Positions 1 through 13,605 of a stretch of 64,000 bases of DNA are shown in pieces; position 1 is the first letter of the stretch, and each line of letters opens with the position of its first letter. The notes beneath the pieces were generated by a model, which saw only the letters and a program-made list of their open reading frames with translations, was not told the origin of the DNA and ran no database searches. The stretch lies in assembly GCF_009914755.1 (NCBI RefSeq), contig NC_060936.1. One strand, 5' to 3'. A program made the position numbers and the translations under genes. Origin of the DNA: the human T2T-CHM13v2.0 reference genome, Homo sapiens.

Positions 1-188
1 GAGCATTCTGAGAGAGAGCCAGCTGGACAATCCGGTTCCTTTTCTAAACTACCTTTAATGTCACACGGTGTCATTTCTGCTACATTCTATTATTTTATTT
101 ATTAGAAGCCAGTCTCTAAATCCAGCCTATATTCTAGGGGAGATAGATATGTGTATCAAGAAATTTGTGGATGGTGTTTTGAAATTAT
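1..188 (-). mobile_element. MLT1-type (ERVL-MaLR) LTR fragment
   Basis: tcacacggtgtcatttctgctacattctatt...aagaaatttgtggatggtgttttgaa resembles the recalled antisense MLT1 LTR terminus; highly diverged. Confidence 0.55.
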
Positions 189-954
189 GTTTTACAGTAA
201 ATATATCCTACTGTGCTTTTTTGTCTATGCTTTTAATTTATGCTTGTTGGTTCCCTTTATAGGGTTATATTATTCCATTATAAATATATCTGACAATATC
301 AGCATAAATTTATGTTTATTATAATATAGGCATACATAGAAAAACAAATATAAATGTGTGTGTATATATACGTGTTAATGTTTATACATATATTTCCCAG
401 CTGTTGGTGGAGAGGGCCCAGAGGTAATGACACTTTAGTAGCAATAGGCATACTAAGTGCCCAGATATTAGCATCCAAATAACATTCTCTGTTATAATGA
501 ACCAAGGTTTGTGTTTGTAATTTTTTTAGGAAGAAACATAATTTTAGAGTTGGTGCAGGGAAAATATAAGCTGAACCTGGAGAATCTTCCATGCTGGAAT
601 GTAAAGAAGTACTTAAAAACAAAATGCTGGTGGGCATGTAAGAGAGACAGGAGCCAATCTGAAAGAGCTTCTAATGGCCAAAGTGGGAAAAATTTGAGCA
701 AGAATATATAGCATTTATTACATTATAATCTAAAGTAATGATAAATATAACTGTGCCCATACTGATAAGAATAAAGGAATGAATACATAAATAAATGGAG
801 AAGAGACAAATCTTCCTTTCAGTAAATTTCCAAATAATTCATGTAGATACTACTTCCTCCAAGAGGGGCAGCTTAACGCCCCCGTCACACACTTGAATGT
901 GGGCTGGACTTAGTGACTGGTTTCCAAAGGATAGGTTTAAAAAGTTCAAGTAAC

Positions 955-1274
<320 letters not shown>

Positions 1275-1514
1275 TCAAGTAACTGACAATAAAGAAACCT
1301 GTCAGACATTACCTTAACCAAGTGATCAAGATCAACAACAAAAGTGATAAGTCACATTGATATGATATGATGTGCTCAGAAGAGCACTTCGCCACTGTGA
1401 TGTTCTTTCATAAAATCCATTACCCAAGTCTCAACATGAGAAAAAAAAAAATCAGTAAAACTGAAAGTGAGGAACATTCTACAAACTATGTGACCAAATC
1501 TCTCCAGAACTTTA

Positions 1515-1523
1515 GTGCGCACG

Positions 1524-1564
<41 letters not shown>
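1515..1564. repeat. (GC)n(CA)n compound microsatellite
   Basis: gtgcgcacgcgcgcgcgc followed by (ac)n. Confidence 0.95.
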
Positions 1565-1566
<2 letters not shown>

Positions 1567-1999
1567 CAAAAGAAAATACTCTAAGACACTGTTCCAGATC
1601 AGAGGAGACTATGATGACTAGATGCAATAAGGGATCCTGGATTGGATCTTGTAACTACAACAAAAAGGCAATGGTGAGAGATTTGGAAAGGTCTTTAAAA
1701 AAATCTTTAGTTTCTTTTTGCACAAATACGAACTTCTGCAATGATTATGCAAGATTTGAGTATTGTTGTAAGCTTAGTGAAGGGTATAAAGAAACTCCTT
1801 GTACTATTTTTGCAACTTTTTATAAATCTAAAATTATTCCAAATAGACTTATCCCATTCCCACTTTTGCATTCAATACTAGAATAGGGACAGAGAATTTG
1901 TCACTTGATTCATAAGTTAATGTACTATGAGTTGCTAGAACAAGCTGACATGATAGAAAGAATAACACATCCCCCAGAGTTTCTAACATTGAACTGCAT

Positions 2000-2503
2000 C
2001 TGGTAACTGGATGGGACATTGAGATTGCATTCTCTGAGGAGATAATAAGCGTGTTGTATCTGTGGGAAAAAAAGTAAAGTGTGAAAGGTATTTAGTTGAC
2101 CAAAATGTTGTATTGTGACAGAATTATCTGAGCAAAGAATATAAAAAGATATGTCCTATGGCAGCTTCTAGGAACTTTCCTCAAGAGACAGTAAATGCAA
2201 GACATTTATATTTATTACTGTTTCCTTTCTTCTGTCATCCTTTCTCCTTACTTTTTCCATTTTCTGCTGCCTAAAATGGGAATAGGACAGCTGCTAAGCT
2301 ATAGAGAAAACGATCACCCCCTAGGAATTGGGGAATGATTATCTGGATCTGGAAGGGACACAGATTTGAATACTTTCTAGGACAGAACTGCCATTCACTG
2401 TGGACTGCAAATATCCGTGTCTATATGTGAGAGATATATGAACATTAAAAAAATTATTAAGCCATTGTTCTTTTGGGCTTTCTTATATTTGTAGCCAAAC
2501 TTA
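2000..2503 (+). mobile_element. Old MLT1-type LTR
   Basis: ggcagcttctaggaactttcctcaagagacag and terminal ttaagccattgttcttttgggctttcttatatttgtagccaaac. Confidence 0.55.
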
Positions 2504-2504
2504 G

Positions 2505-2712
2505 TGAACAAGATGGCCTTAATACTCCCCTCAGCTTGACTGAAAACTTTAGATGGATTTCTTCCTGACTATAGCCCCCAACCTCCTTTTTCTTCAAGCA
2601 TTTCTCCTTCAAGATATGATTCTTTTCCCAGATTCTGGCAAGTTTTTCACCTAGCAATGTCTTTCTCAAGGATCTGGGAGCCATGCCTTTGAAATGTAAT
2701 CATTAAGAAAAA
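2505..2712 (+). mobile_element. ERV1 LTR (MER67-like), 5' part
   Basis: atggccttaatactcccctcagcttgactg...ctcaaggatctgggagccatgcctttgaaatgtaatcat; continues at 5463 after the L1 insertion. Confidence 0.7.
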
Positions 2713-2718
2713 CAATTC

Positions 2719-3780
2719 CTGAGTAGTATGATCATCTTTAATAATAGTATGTCTTCCAATCCAGCAACATTGGATGTCTTTCTATTTATTTATGCCTTTA
2801 ATTTCTTTCACCTATGGCTTGTAGTTTTAAGTGTACAAGTCTTCCATCTCTTTGGTTTTGTCTACCTCTAAGTAGTTTATTCCTTTAGATGCTATTGTAA
2901 AAGGGATTGATTTCTTAATTTATTTTTCAGATGGTTCATTGTTAGTATGTAATTACACAATTTTTATATGTTATGTGTTGATTTTGTATGCTGTACTCAT
3001 TAATTGGTAATAAAGTTTTTTTGTAGAGCCTTTAGAATTTTCTGCATGTTAGATCATGTTATCTGAAAACAGTTTTACTTCTAACTTCTTAATTTGGATG
3101 GCTTTTATTTCTTTTTCTTGCCTTATTGCTCTAACTAGAACTGCCAGTACTATTTAGGATAGAAGTGGCAAGACTGGGTATCCTTTCTTTGTTCCTAATC
3201 TTAGAGGGAAAACTGCTTTCAGTTTTTCATCATTAAGTATGATTTTAAGTGTGGGATTTTCTAATCTGGGCTTTACCACATTCAGGTAAACTTCTTTTGT
3301 ACCTAGTTTGTTGAGAGTTAAATCATGAAAGGGTGTTAAATTTTGTCAAATATCTTCTCTGGATCTACTGAAATAAGAACATGATTTTTATCGTTCAGTT
3401 TATTAATATGGTACATCTTGTTAATTGCTTTGTGTGTGTTGAACCATAACCATCGTTATGTCCCAGAGGTAAATGCCACATGGTCATAGTACACTAAATG
3501 AAATATAAATATATAGATATATAAATATATAAATAAATATATATTACATATATAAATATATAAATAAATATATATATTACATATATAAATATATAAATAA
3601 ATATATATATTACATATATAAATATATAAATAAATATATATATATTTCTTTTAGTGTACTGTTTGATTTGGTTTGCCAGTATTTGGATGGTGCTCATTGT
3701 ATCTATATTTATTAGAGATTTTTTTTCTTGTAGTCTCTCTGGCCTTGGAATCAGGGTAATGCTGTCTTCATAAAATGAGT
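2719..3780 (-). mobile_element. Inverted 5' segment (ORF2 RT region) of an L1MB-like insertion
   Basis: Antisense L1 ORF2; ORF 3494..3847(-) contains LNSFYEDSITLIPRP (L1 RT: PNSFYEASITLIPKP). Confidence 0.9.
3500..3645. repeat. AT-rich minisatellite, 33-bp unit
   Basis: ttacatatataaatatataaataaatatatata at 3544, 3577 and 3610, plus a partial upstream copy. Confidence 0.9.
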
Positions 3781-5447
3781 TTAAATCCCCATCAAAATTC
3801 CAATAGCATTTAATATAGAAATAGAAATATATTATCCTAATATTCATATGAAATCACAAAAGACTCTGAATAGACAAAGCTGAGGAAGAGACCTGGTCAA
3901 GAGGAACAGACCTGGAGGATTGTGCTTCCTGATTTCAAAATGTATTTTAAAGCTATAATAATTAAAGCAGTGTGCTGCTGGCATAAAAATAGACATATAA
4001 ACTAATGAGACAGAATAGAGAGCCCAGAAATAAATCCACACATTTATGATCAACTAATATTTTGCAAGGCTTCTAAGAATACACAATAGAGAAAGGACAG
4101 TCTCTTCAACAAATGTTGGGAAAACTAAATATTTACAAGTAAAAGAATGAGTATAGTGTATATCTTACACTGTACAAAAATCAACAGAAAGTAGGTTAAG
4201 ATTTGAAATTAAGGCCTGAAACTGTAAAACTTCTAGAAGAAAACATACCAAAAAAGGGGAAAACCTTTATTACATTGAGCTTGGAAACAATTTTTTGGAT
4301 ATGATAACAAAAGCACAAGAAATAAAAGCAAGAGTAGATATGTGGGACTACATCAAACTGAACAGCTTGTGCACAGCAAAGGAAACAATCAACAGAGTGA
4401 AACACCAACCTATAGAATTGGAGAAACTATTTGCAAACCATATTTCTATCTGATAAAGTTTTGATATCCAAAGTAACAAAGAATTCCTACAACTCAATAG
4501 CAAAAATAAATAAATAAAAGAAACGCTAACTGCATTAAAAATGGATGAGGGGATATGAATAGATATTTCTCCAAAGAAAACATGCAAATAGCCTAGAAGT
4601 ATATGAAAAGATGCTCAGCATCACTAATCATCAGAGAAATGTAAGTCATAATCACAATGAGATATCACCTTCAGTAAGTTAATATAACTATTATTTTAAA
4701 AAAATAAAAAGATGTGTTAGGAAATGGACCAGTGGGAAAACTTGTGCATGGTTGGGAATGTAAACTGGTGCTGCTACTATTGAAAGCAGTATGATTATTC
4801 CTCAAAAAATTGCCTTAGGATTACACCATATGATCCATGAATACCACTTCTGGATATATATCCAAAAGAATTGAAATCAGGGTCTTGAAGAGGTAATCTG
4901 CACTCTTATTATCACTGCAGCATAATTTACAATAGCCATGTTATGGAAACAACCTAAATGTCAATCAACAGGTGAATGAAAGAAGGAATATAGTGTATAC
5001 ATAAAACGGAAACTGATTTAGTCTTAAAAGAGAAATCTTGCTATATGTGATGATAAGGATGATCCTGGAGGACATCTTCCTAAATGAAATTATCAGTCAC
5101 ATAATGATCATATCATATCATCATCATAATATCATATATTATATCATCATAATTATCATGATAATAATTATCATTATTATCTCATATAATTCCCCTTATA
5201 TGAGATATTTAAAATAGCCAATCTTATAGAAATAGAGAGGAGAATGATGGTTGCCAGAGGTGGGAGGAGGTGGTGGCAAGGAGTTGCTTTTCAATGGGTA
5301 TAAAATGTCAGTTATGGAGTGGAATAAGTTCTAGAAATCTGCTGTACAACATTGTGCCTACAATTAACAATATTGCACACTTAAAAATTCATTAACACCA
5401 TAGATCTCATGTTAAATATTCTTACCGCAGTAAAAAACAATTTTAAA
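3781..5447 (+). mobile_element. L1MB1/2-like LINE-1 3' segment (ORF2 end and 3' UTR)
   Basis: atcaaaattccaatagcatt...gagcccagaaataaatcca...; 3' end aataagttctagaaatctgctgtacaacattgtgcc...tagatctcatgttaa followed by an A-rich tail. Confidence 0.9.
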
Positions 5448-5462
5448 AAGAAAAGAAAATTC

Positions 5463-5718
5463 GCACGTCTCCCTTCCTATTTTTATGGAGGTTAGAAGCA
5501 TAATTTTGGTATCACCAAGTAGCAAGTGTAGATGGCCTAATTACAATGACCACCCTTTCCCTCATGTACTGCAGTCCTTTTCCAGTAGTGTACCCCATCT
5601 TTTTATTTCAATAGGGTTTAATTTAATCTCTCTCCACTTATTGCAATGGTCTTCAATAAGACTTGCTTATTTAACCTTGCTTATTTAACTCTGTCCAGTG
5701 CAATTTTTTCTTTGACAC
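5463..5718 (+). mobile_element. ERV1 LTR (MER67-like), 3' part
   Basis: agatggcctaattacaatgacc...tgtccagtgcaattttttctttgaca LTR end. Confidence 0.7.
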
Positions 5719-7884
5719 TAATCCCAATTAATACATCCTCTATGTAAAGAAATATTACTCTCACTGCATGTCATGCTCTTCATTCATTATTTGCACAGTA
5801 GCATATCAAATAAGAGACTGAATCATTCTGGAAGGAAAAAAAACAGACTAAAAGTGTTGGAGTGAAAGACCATTTAATAAAAATAATAAAGATTAAAGAC
5901 AAGAAATAAAATTGATCCAAAAAGATGAATCAACTGTGAGAATTAAGAAAGAAACATATTACAATGACACAGTGAGAATAAATAATTGGTAATTTAATCC
6001 CTTCACTTGTTTCTAACTATTGGTCACAAGTGGAAAATTTGTTAATACATTCCTGGTTAACAGATCATCAGAATACTTTATATTATTCTCAAAATTAAAA
6101 AGTAATATATTTCTACAGCTGCGTGCTGAAGTTAAACACAAATATTACAAGAGATTAGTGGAATACATATATTTCCAGTAATATAAAACAATAAAATAAA
6201 TATGGATATTACTTAAAGCTCCTGTGTCTGCCAAGCTTATTTCAGTGGATGCTATTTATGATGGTTGTTTTTATAACCATTACTATAATGCTACTTAATT
6301 ATAATGGTTATTATGTAAATTTTATGTAAATCAGAGTGATTACTATGGAAATTGAAGGTAAATTTTATGTGTATTCTATTAACAATGCTTTGAATGAGGA
6401 TGTAGGTTAGTCATGAGAGAATTATTTGAGATTAGCTTTAAAGAATGAAAAAGGAGAGTTTCTAGTGAAGTCTCCAAAAATGTGTATGTACCCAGATAGT
6501 AATAAATATAAAGACTTAGGTCATTATATTTCATTTTTTGATTAAAAAATGGGCTGAGTATATTGTTATACTTCCTGTGACTGGATGTTAACTTATAAGT
6601 CTAGAAATTTTGAATTCAGGAAATGGAAATTTTACTGTCTTATTTTTATGGGATTGTAATTTCCTATTATTCATGAAAATGCCATGAATTGATTTTGAGT
6701 GTGAATTTAAAAATACATACAAATGCCTATGTATGCATATATTCATTTTAGTATATAAATAATTGATAAATGGTATATTATACATGTATTATGCTATATA
6801 TAAGTTAGTGCTAAGTTATATATTACCCCACAAAACATAAACAATTTTATACCTTCTTTTGACAAAATTCTGCAATTTAATATTTTTCTACAGTAAACTT
6901 TTATTTGCATAATCAAAACTATAACATCATATGGTAGAACAGATGGTTAGTAATAATAACTTATTTATAGATAGTATAACAGTTTAGAATAACTATAATT
7001 TATGTAATTTCAATAAAAAATTCAATGAGATGATCAATGGTGATTTTTGTTTTTAGCAATCTCTTCAATCTTAAAGCAGAATAGAGACCAAAATTAATGT
7101 TCACTCTGTAAGTTTTAATAGATTTTTTAAATAAGTGTGAGCTACAATCATTTCATTTTAATACCAAATTTTTAAAAAAATCTTCACTTTGAGCCTGATG
7201 TCTCCTTCATAGAATTAATTAGTTTATGTAGTGCCCAACATTAATTGAATAATCACTTTTCTCCAGAGACATGACTAGGAAATTCGATGGTTTAAAGAAA
7301 ATTTTTAACTATCTAAAATATTACGTTATATCACATGGAGAGGGAGCTCTCAGCTCTGTTGTGAGAAGGGGAAAAAGGGATGATAAAGAAAAGCTACTAA
7401 TATTTAAACTAAATTCAAAAATTAATCTGGCTGATCAGAGGAGGAAGGACAGAAAGAAGCATTTGCATTGGATGTAATATATAGTGATCTCTGGGCATTT
7501 AAATTAATACAAATTATACTGTTCCCAGGTGTTTTGCAACAGATAAAATAGAACATTTATAAATACATTATTGCTTTCCAGATTATTACACAAATCTAAG
7601 AACTATCAGGAGATGCTTTGGGTCCATTCTGAAAGTGCTATTTGGTTCCTACAAGATTATCTGGCTCAGGGTATAAAACTCCATTGTAAATCTTGGGAAA
7701 TGGAGAAATGCCTTAGTAAAGAGGAACCAATGATAAAACTCAAATTGACCTTCAAAGTGTAATTTCACTCTTTTCATTTAAAAAATTGTTTTATTTTACA
7801 GTTGTCAGCAATAATTATAAATATTTCTTTTTATTTCTATTTCTTTTCTTTTATAACACTGTTACTAGCAGAAATTATATCAGT

Positions 7885-8100
7885 AATAACGCATACATTT
7901 TCTAAACACTTACTATGTGCCAGGAATGGCTATGTGCCCCTTAAGATTCTACCCCATTGAGGTAAATACTATCTTAATCTCAATTTTATAGGCAATAAAA
8001 CCAAATTTAACCAAAGGTTAAATAACTGCCCACAGTTTCACATCTTGTGATAGGGAAAGCGAGGTTATGAAATCATAGCTGGTTTGACTACACAGCCTTT
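7885..8100 (-). mobile_element. MIR SINE
   Basis: cacttactatgtgccagg...aggttaaataactgcccacagtttcaca, antisense MIR core. Confidence 0.65.
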
Positions 8101-9048
8101 CTTCATAGGCAGTAAGTTTTTCTGTCACTCAGCTCATTTTGAAAGACAGATTGTCAAGTGAAGCGTTGGTATATAAACTGCCTTGGGAATAAGGTTTCAT
8201 CTCGGTGACTAGGCTACTGAACACATTTTGGCTATACAATTTTGGCTATACAATAGGTTACTGAACACATTTTGTTGCAAGGGTGGCATAGTGACCATTG
8301 GACTATTTTGGCTATTATTATCTGAACACATTTTCTGTTATTTTTTGGGAGAACAGCATTCTGAGAATCTAAGAAAGAGGTGGTAATCCAGCTCCTACAA
8401 TTAGACTGCAAAGCATCATATGATTTAGACTAAATCAATCAGATTCTCCAATCTGAACTTGACTGTTTAGAGAGTAATGCAAAATCACAGATATAACAGG
8501 AATAGCTAAGACGTTACTCTTCAGTGTTATCAGAAATATCTTAGGTCAATGAACTGTGGCACCAAGCATCCAATGACATGTCCAGGATGGCAATCCTTGG
8601 TAGACTGCTCCCATTGTGAGAACTTGATAAGGTTACTCCTGGCCAGTGCCTCTTGGTTTCCAGACTGGTTTTGAGTCTATTTCAGCTTTTGCTGGTAGTT
8701 CTTAAACTCTGAGGCTCTTATTTTATCTCATGGAACTATAGGACTACTTGGTTTGTTTCTTGAAACTCTTGTCAAAGAAAAGAGATGACCTCAATTCCTT
8801 GGTGCCTGAAAAAAGGTTATCTTATCATGTTTTCTACAAAGGCTGAAGGAAGAAAAAAAGATCCTCACCTATTGCTAAGGGAAAAAAAAATCACCATTAG
8901 ACAGAGGCTTGAAAAAAAATAAAGCAAAAGTTTTAGTATGTTTTGCAATAGTAGCTTAAGACCCTGAGACAATTCTAAAAAGAATAGATTCTAGAGTTTT
9001 CCAGGCAAACCTGCTAGGAACTAATTCTGAGGAATCTTGATTTGGTCT

Positions 9049-9225
9049 CAGAATCCCCACATTGGCTCCCTGACTGGTAAGGGTGAGGGCTACTGTGGTA
9101 GGAAAAACCAAATGGAAGCCATTAGAGCTGCCTCAACCTAAAAAAATAGTAAATCAAAAACAATATCGTGTATCTGGAGGGACTGTGGTGATTAGTGCCA
9201 CCATCAAGGACTTGAAAGGTGCAGG
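9049..9225 (+). mobile_element. HERV-L internal fragment (protease/RT boundary of pol)
   Basis: Translates QNPHIGSLTG then VRATVVGKTKWKPLELPQPKKIVNQKQYRVSGGTVVISATIKDLKGAG, matching recalled HERV-L pol (KWKPLELP...VNQKQYRIPGG...ATIKDLKDAG). Confidence 0.9.
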
Positions 9226-10922
9226 CTTGCTGATGCAGGTCTGGGTGCCTTTTCTATGCCCTACAAGCAGGAGTGATCACTCAGGTGGGAGAGGATCCTC
9301 TGCTTTCTGCATAGCATTAGATATCAGAAAAAGCACCCACATAACAATCTGGCCACTTTTCCAGAGGGCTGCTGTGGTATGCTAGAAGTCTACTCCAGTC
9401 CCTAGTCACCCTGGATTTTCCAGTACCTGGAGGTAGCACCAGCGAAGGCTGTGAATCTGCAGAGAAGGCAGCCTGCACCTCCCTCTGGGAGCTCCATCTT
9501 AGGGAGGTATGGACTTGTTGCCAGCCTGAACACACGTATAGTAGGTGGCTGGAGTCCCCAGTAGGGAGGTTCCACTCAGTGAGGAGGAATGAGATCAGAA
9601 ACCCACTTAAACAAGCAGTCTGGCCACATTTTTATAGAGTAGCTGTGCTGTGTTGGGTGATTGCTTCTGCCCTGATTGGCTTGGGCTATCCAAAGCCAAA
9701 AGGCTGGAACAGCTAAGTCATCTGAACGGCAAAGATGGTGACCTGCTCCTCCTACTGGGAGCTCTGTCCTAGAGAGTGTTCAAATCTTTGTTGGGAAGAG
9801 AACACCGGTGGGGTTGCCTGGAGGCCCTGGTTTGGGAGTTACACCCAGTGAGGAGTTGCGGGATGGAGGACCTGAGCGGTCTGGCCACATTTTCATAGTG
9901 CAGATGTGCTGTGCTGGGACACCACTCCTGCCCCTGGCCAGCTTCGACTCTCCAAAGCCTGAAGGCTGGGATGGGTAAGTTGCCAAAACAGCAAAGATGG
10001 TGGCATGCTCCTCCCTCTGAGAGCTTTGTCCCAGGGAGTTTTCAAATCTCTGTTGGTGGGAGAACACTGGTGAAGGTGGTAGGAGACTCTGGTTGGGAGG
10101 TCTCACCCAGTGAGGATGAACAGGATGGGGATTCTGCTTTAAAAAGCAGCCTGGCCATATTTTCATAGTGCAGCTCTGCTATGCTTGAAGATACCTTGCA
10201 GCCCTGGTCAGCTTGGACTCTCCAATGCCCTAAGGTTGAAATGGCTAAATTGCTCAAACAGCAAAGATGACAGCCCACCCCTCTCCCTGGGAGCTTTGTC
10301 TCAGGTAGGTATAATCCTGCTACTGGTGGCTGTCTAAAATTCCAAGCCAGTGGGTCTTATGCTGTGACGTGCCATGGAAGTGGGGCCTGCAGACTGTTGC
10401 TGCTTGGTCCCCTGGATTCTGCCATTTTCCTAGGGAGGGGCTGATATGGGGGGATCTAACCTCGCATTTTGCCAGCGTTGTAGCTGTTTTTGCCAGGCTG
10501 CCCGGAAAGTCCTACTACCTATGGCATGGGGTCTCCATGAATGCCTGAGCAGCTCCTCTGCCAAGATTCCATGAAGCTCTCTGTCAAACTTAAGGCCTTG
10601 GTGGAATAGGTTCATGAGGGGATCTTTTGACCTGAAGATTGCAAAAAGTCATGAGAGAAGTATAGATTCCTGGGGTCACACATTCACTAACTACTTCCCT
10701 GGGATGGGGAGGTTCCCTTGGCTCAGTATCACTCCCAGATTGGCTGCCATCCTTCATTACTTTTCTCCATTCTCCATGGGTTGAGTTGTTTTGTGATTAT
10801 CCCCAATGCAAATACCCAGATGTTTCAGCTGAAGGTGCTGTGTTTACTCGCCCCTTCCATTCCTCTTCATGAGAGCCACAAATACTGGCTGCTTCTAGTT
10901 GGCCATCTTGGTCACCTCCCCC
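9226..10922 (-). mobile_element. L1PA13-16/L1P4-type 5' UTR with ~265-bp tandem monomers
   Basis: Ends ggccatcttggtcacctccc (sense gggaggtgaccaagatggcc, an L1 5' terminus); ctc.ctctgggagct motif at ~9479, 9748, 10008 and 10280. Confidence 0.85.
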
Positions 10923-13605
10923 ATCTCTGATTTATTTTAGCAGTATTTCGTAATTCTCATTGGGGAGATCTTTCACTCCTTGTTGAGCTGTATACCTAGA
11001 CATTTTATTCTTTTTGTGGCTATTGTGAATAGAATTGCATTCTTGATTCGTCTCTCAGCTTGGACATTTTTGATATATAGAAGTGCTACTAATTTTTCTA
11101 CATTAATTATATATTCTAAAACTTTACTGAAGTTATTTATCAGATATAGGAACTTTTGGGCAGAAACTATGAGGTGTTCTAGGTATAGAATCAGATCATC
11201 TGCAAACAGAGATAGTTTGACATTCTATCTTCTTATTTGGATGGTTTTTATTTATTTCTCTTGCCTGATTTCTCTGGCTAGGGCTTCCAGTACTATGTTG
11301 AATAGGAATTGTGACAGTGGGCATCCTTGTCTTACTTTGGTTCTCAAGATGAATGCTTCCAGTTTTTACCCATCCAGTTTGATGTTGGCTGTTGGTTTCT
11401 CATAAATGTCTGTTATTATTCTGAATTATATTTCTTCAATTCCTAGGTTATTGAGGGTTTTTAACATGAAGGGATGTTTGGTTTACTCAAAAGCATTTTC
11501 GCATCTATTGAGAGAATGATGTGGTTTTTGTCTTTACTTCTGTTTATGTGATGAAACATATTTATTGATTTGTATATGTTGACCCAAACTTGCATCCTAA
11601 GGATAAAGCTTATTTGATTGTGGTGGGATTAGCTTTTTGATGTGCTGTTGGAGTCAGTTTGCTAATATCTCATTGAGGATTTTTGCATGTATGTTAACCA
11701 AGGATATTGGTCTGAAGTTTTCTTTTTTATTTTGTTCTGTCTCTGCCAGGTTTTCATATCAGAATGATTTTGGCCTCCTAGAAAGAGTTAGGGAGGAGTC
11801 CCTCCCCCTCAACATTTTGGAATAGTTTCAGTAGGAATGGTGCCAGCTCTTCTTTACTCATCAGTTTGAATTGAGCTGTGAATCCATCTCCTGAGCTTTT
11901 TCTACTTTGCAAGCTTTGTATTGCTGATTTAATTTCAGAATTTATTATTGGTCTGCTCAGGGTATCAATTTCTTCCTACTTAAATCTTGGAAGTTGTATG
12001 ATTCCAGGAATTTATCCATTTCTTGTAGATTTTCTAGTTTGTGTGCATAGAGGTGTACATAACAGTCTGTGAGGCATTTTTTTATTTCTGTGGGGTCCAT
12101 GTTAATGTCCCCTTTGTCATTTCTGATTGTGTTTATTTGGATAATTTTCTTATTAGTCTAGCTAGTGGTCTGTCTATCATATTAATTATTTCAATGAACC
12201 AATTCCTAGATTGGTCAATCATTTATGTGGTTCTTTTGCAACTCAGTATCCTTTAGTTCAGGTCGGATTTTGGTTATTTTCTGTCTTCTGCTAGCTTTGC
12301 GATTGGTTTGCTCTTGTTATTCTAGTTCCTCTAGGTGTGATGTTAGGTTGTTAATTTGAGTCTTTTCTAATTTTTTGATGTGGAAATGTAAACATTTTTA
12401 TGTCCTAGAAATTCTGGTATGTTGTATCCTTGTTCTTATTAATTTCAAAGAATTTCTTGATTTCTGCTTTATTTTCATTGTTTGCCCAGAAGATGTTTAG
12501 GAGGAGGTTGTTTAATTTCCATGTACTTGTATGGTTTTGAGCGATATTCTTAGTATTGATTTCCATTTTTATTGCATTATAGTCAAAGAATGTGGTTGGT
12601 ATGCTTTATTTTATTTGCTGAGAATTATTTTATGGCCAATTATGTGGCTTATTTTAGAATATGTGCCACGTGCAGATGTGAAGAATGTATATTCTGTAAA
12701 TTTTGGGTGGAGAGATTTGTAGATAGACATCTCTTAGGTCCATCTGGTAAACTGTTGATTTCAGGTCCTGAAACTCTTTTTTAGTTTTCTGCCCCAGTGA
12801 CTTATCTAATACTTCCAGTGGGTATATTAAAGTCTCTCAATATTATTTTGTGATTATCAAAGTTTATTCATAATTCTCTAAGAACTCATTTTATAAATCT
12901 GGGTGCTCCTGTATTGGATGCACATATATTTAGAATAGTTAGATCTTCTTATTGAATTAAATCCTTCACCATTATTTAATGACCTTCTTTTTCTTTTTTT
13001 ATTTGATTGTTATTAACTTAAAATCTGTTTTGTCTGAAATTAGAATAGCAACCTTGCTTTTTTGTTTTTCTGTTGGCTTGATAGATTTCTCTCCCACCCT
13101 TTACTTTGAACATATGGTTGTCATTGCATGTGAAATGGGTTTCGTAAAGACAGCATGCATTTGGGTCTTGCTTTTTTATCCAACCTGCCACTCTTAACTG
13201 GGGGTATTTAGCCCATTTACATTCAAGGTTAATATTGTTGTGGACAGATTTGATCCTGTCATTGTGTTGTTAGCTGGTTATCATGCTGACTTGATTATGT
13301 AGTTGCTTTATAGTATCAATGTTCTATGTACTGAAGTGTGTTTTTTGGTGGCCAGTAATGTTTTCATTTTCATATTTAGCACTCCTTCAAGGACCTCTTT
13401 TAAGGTAGTTATGGTGGTAACAAATTTCCGTAGCATGTGTTTGTCTGGAAAGGATGTTTCTTCTTTATTTATGAAGTTTAGTCTGGCTGGATATACATTG
13501 CCTGGTTGGAATTTTATTGCTTTATGTATGGTGAATATAGGCTTCCAATCTCTTCTGGCTTGTAGGGATACTGCTGAAATGTCTGCTGTTAACCTGATGG
13601 GTTCC
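10923..13605 (-). mobile_element. L1PA15/16-like ORF2 (endonuclease to RT) and ORF1 C-terminus, degenerate
   Basis: ORF 13308..13622(-) PIRLTADISAVSLQARRDWKPIF...YPARLNF is L1 ORF1; continuous antisense ORF2 upstream. Confidence 0.92.

Noticed and set aside
5100-5190. ATC-rich patch with 14-bp palindrome
   Set aside because: Low-complexity expansion within an L1 3' UTR
8340-9048. Possible very old ERVL/MaLR LTR and gag remnants
   Set aside because: Similarity too weak to call by eye
9083-9385. 100-aa ORF as a chimeric gene
   Set aside because: GTG start; HERV-L scrap reading into antisense L1 UTR; no promoter or splice support
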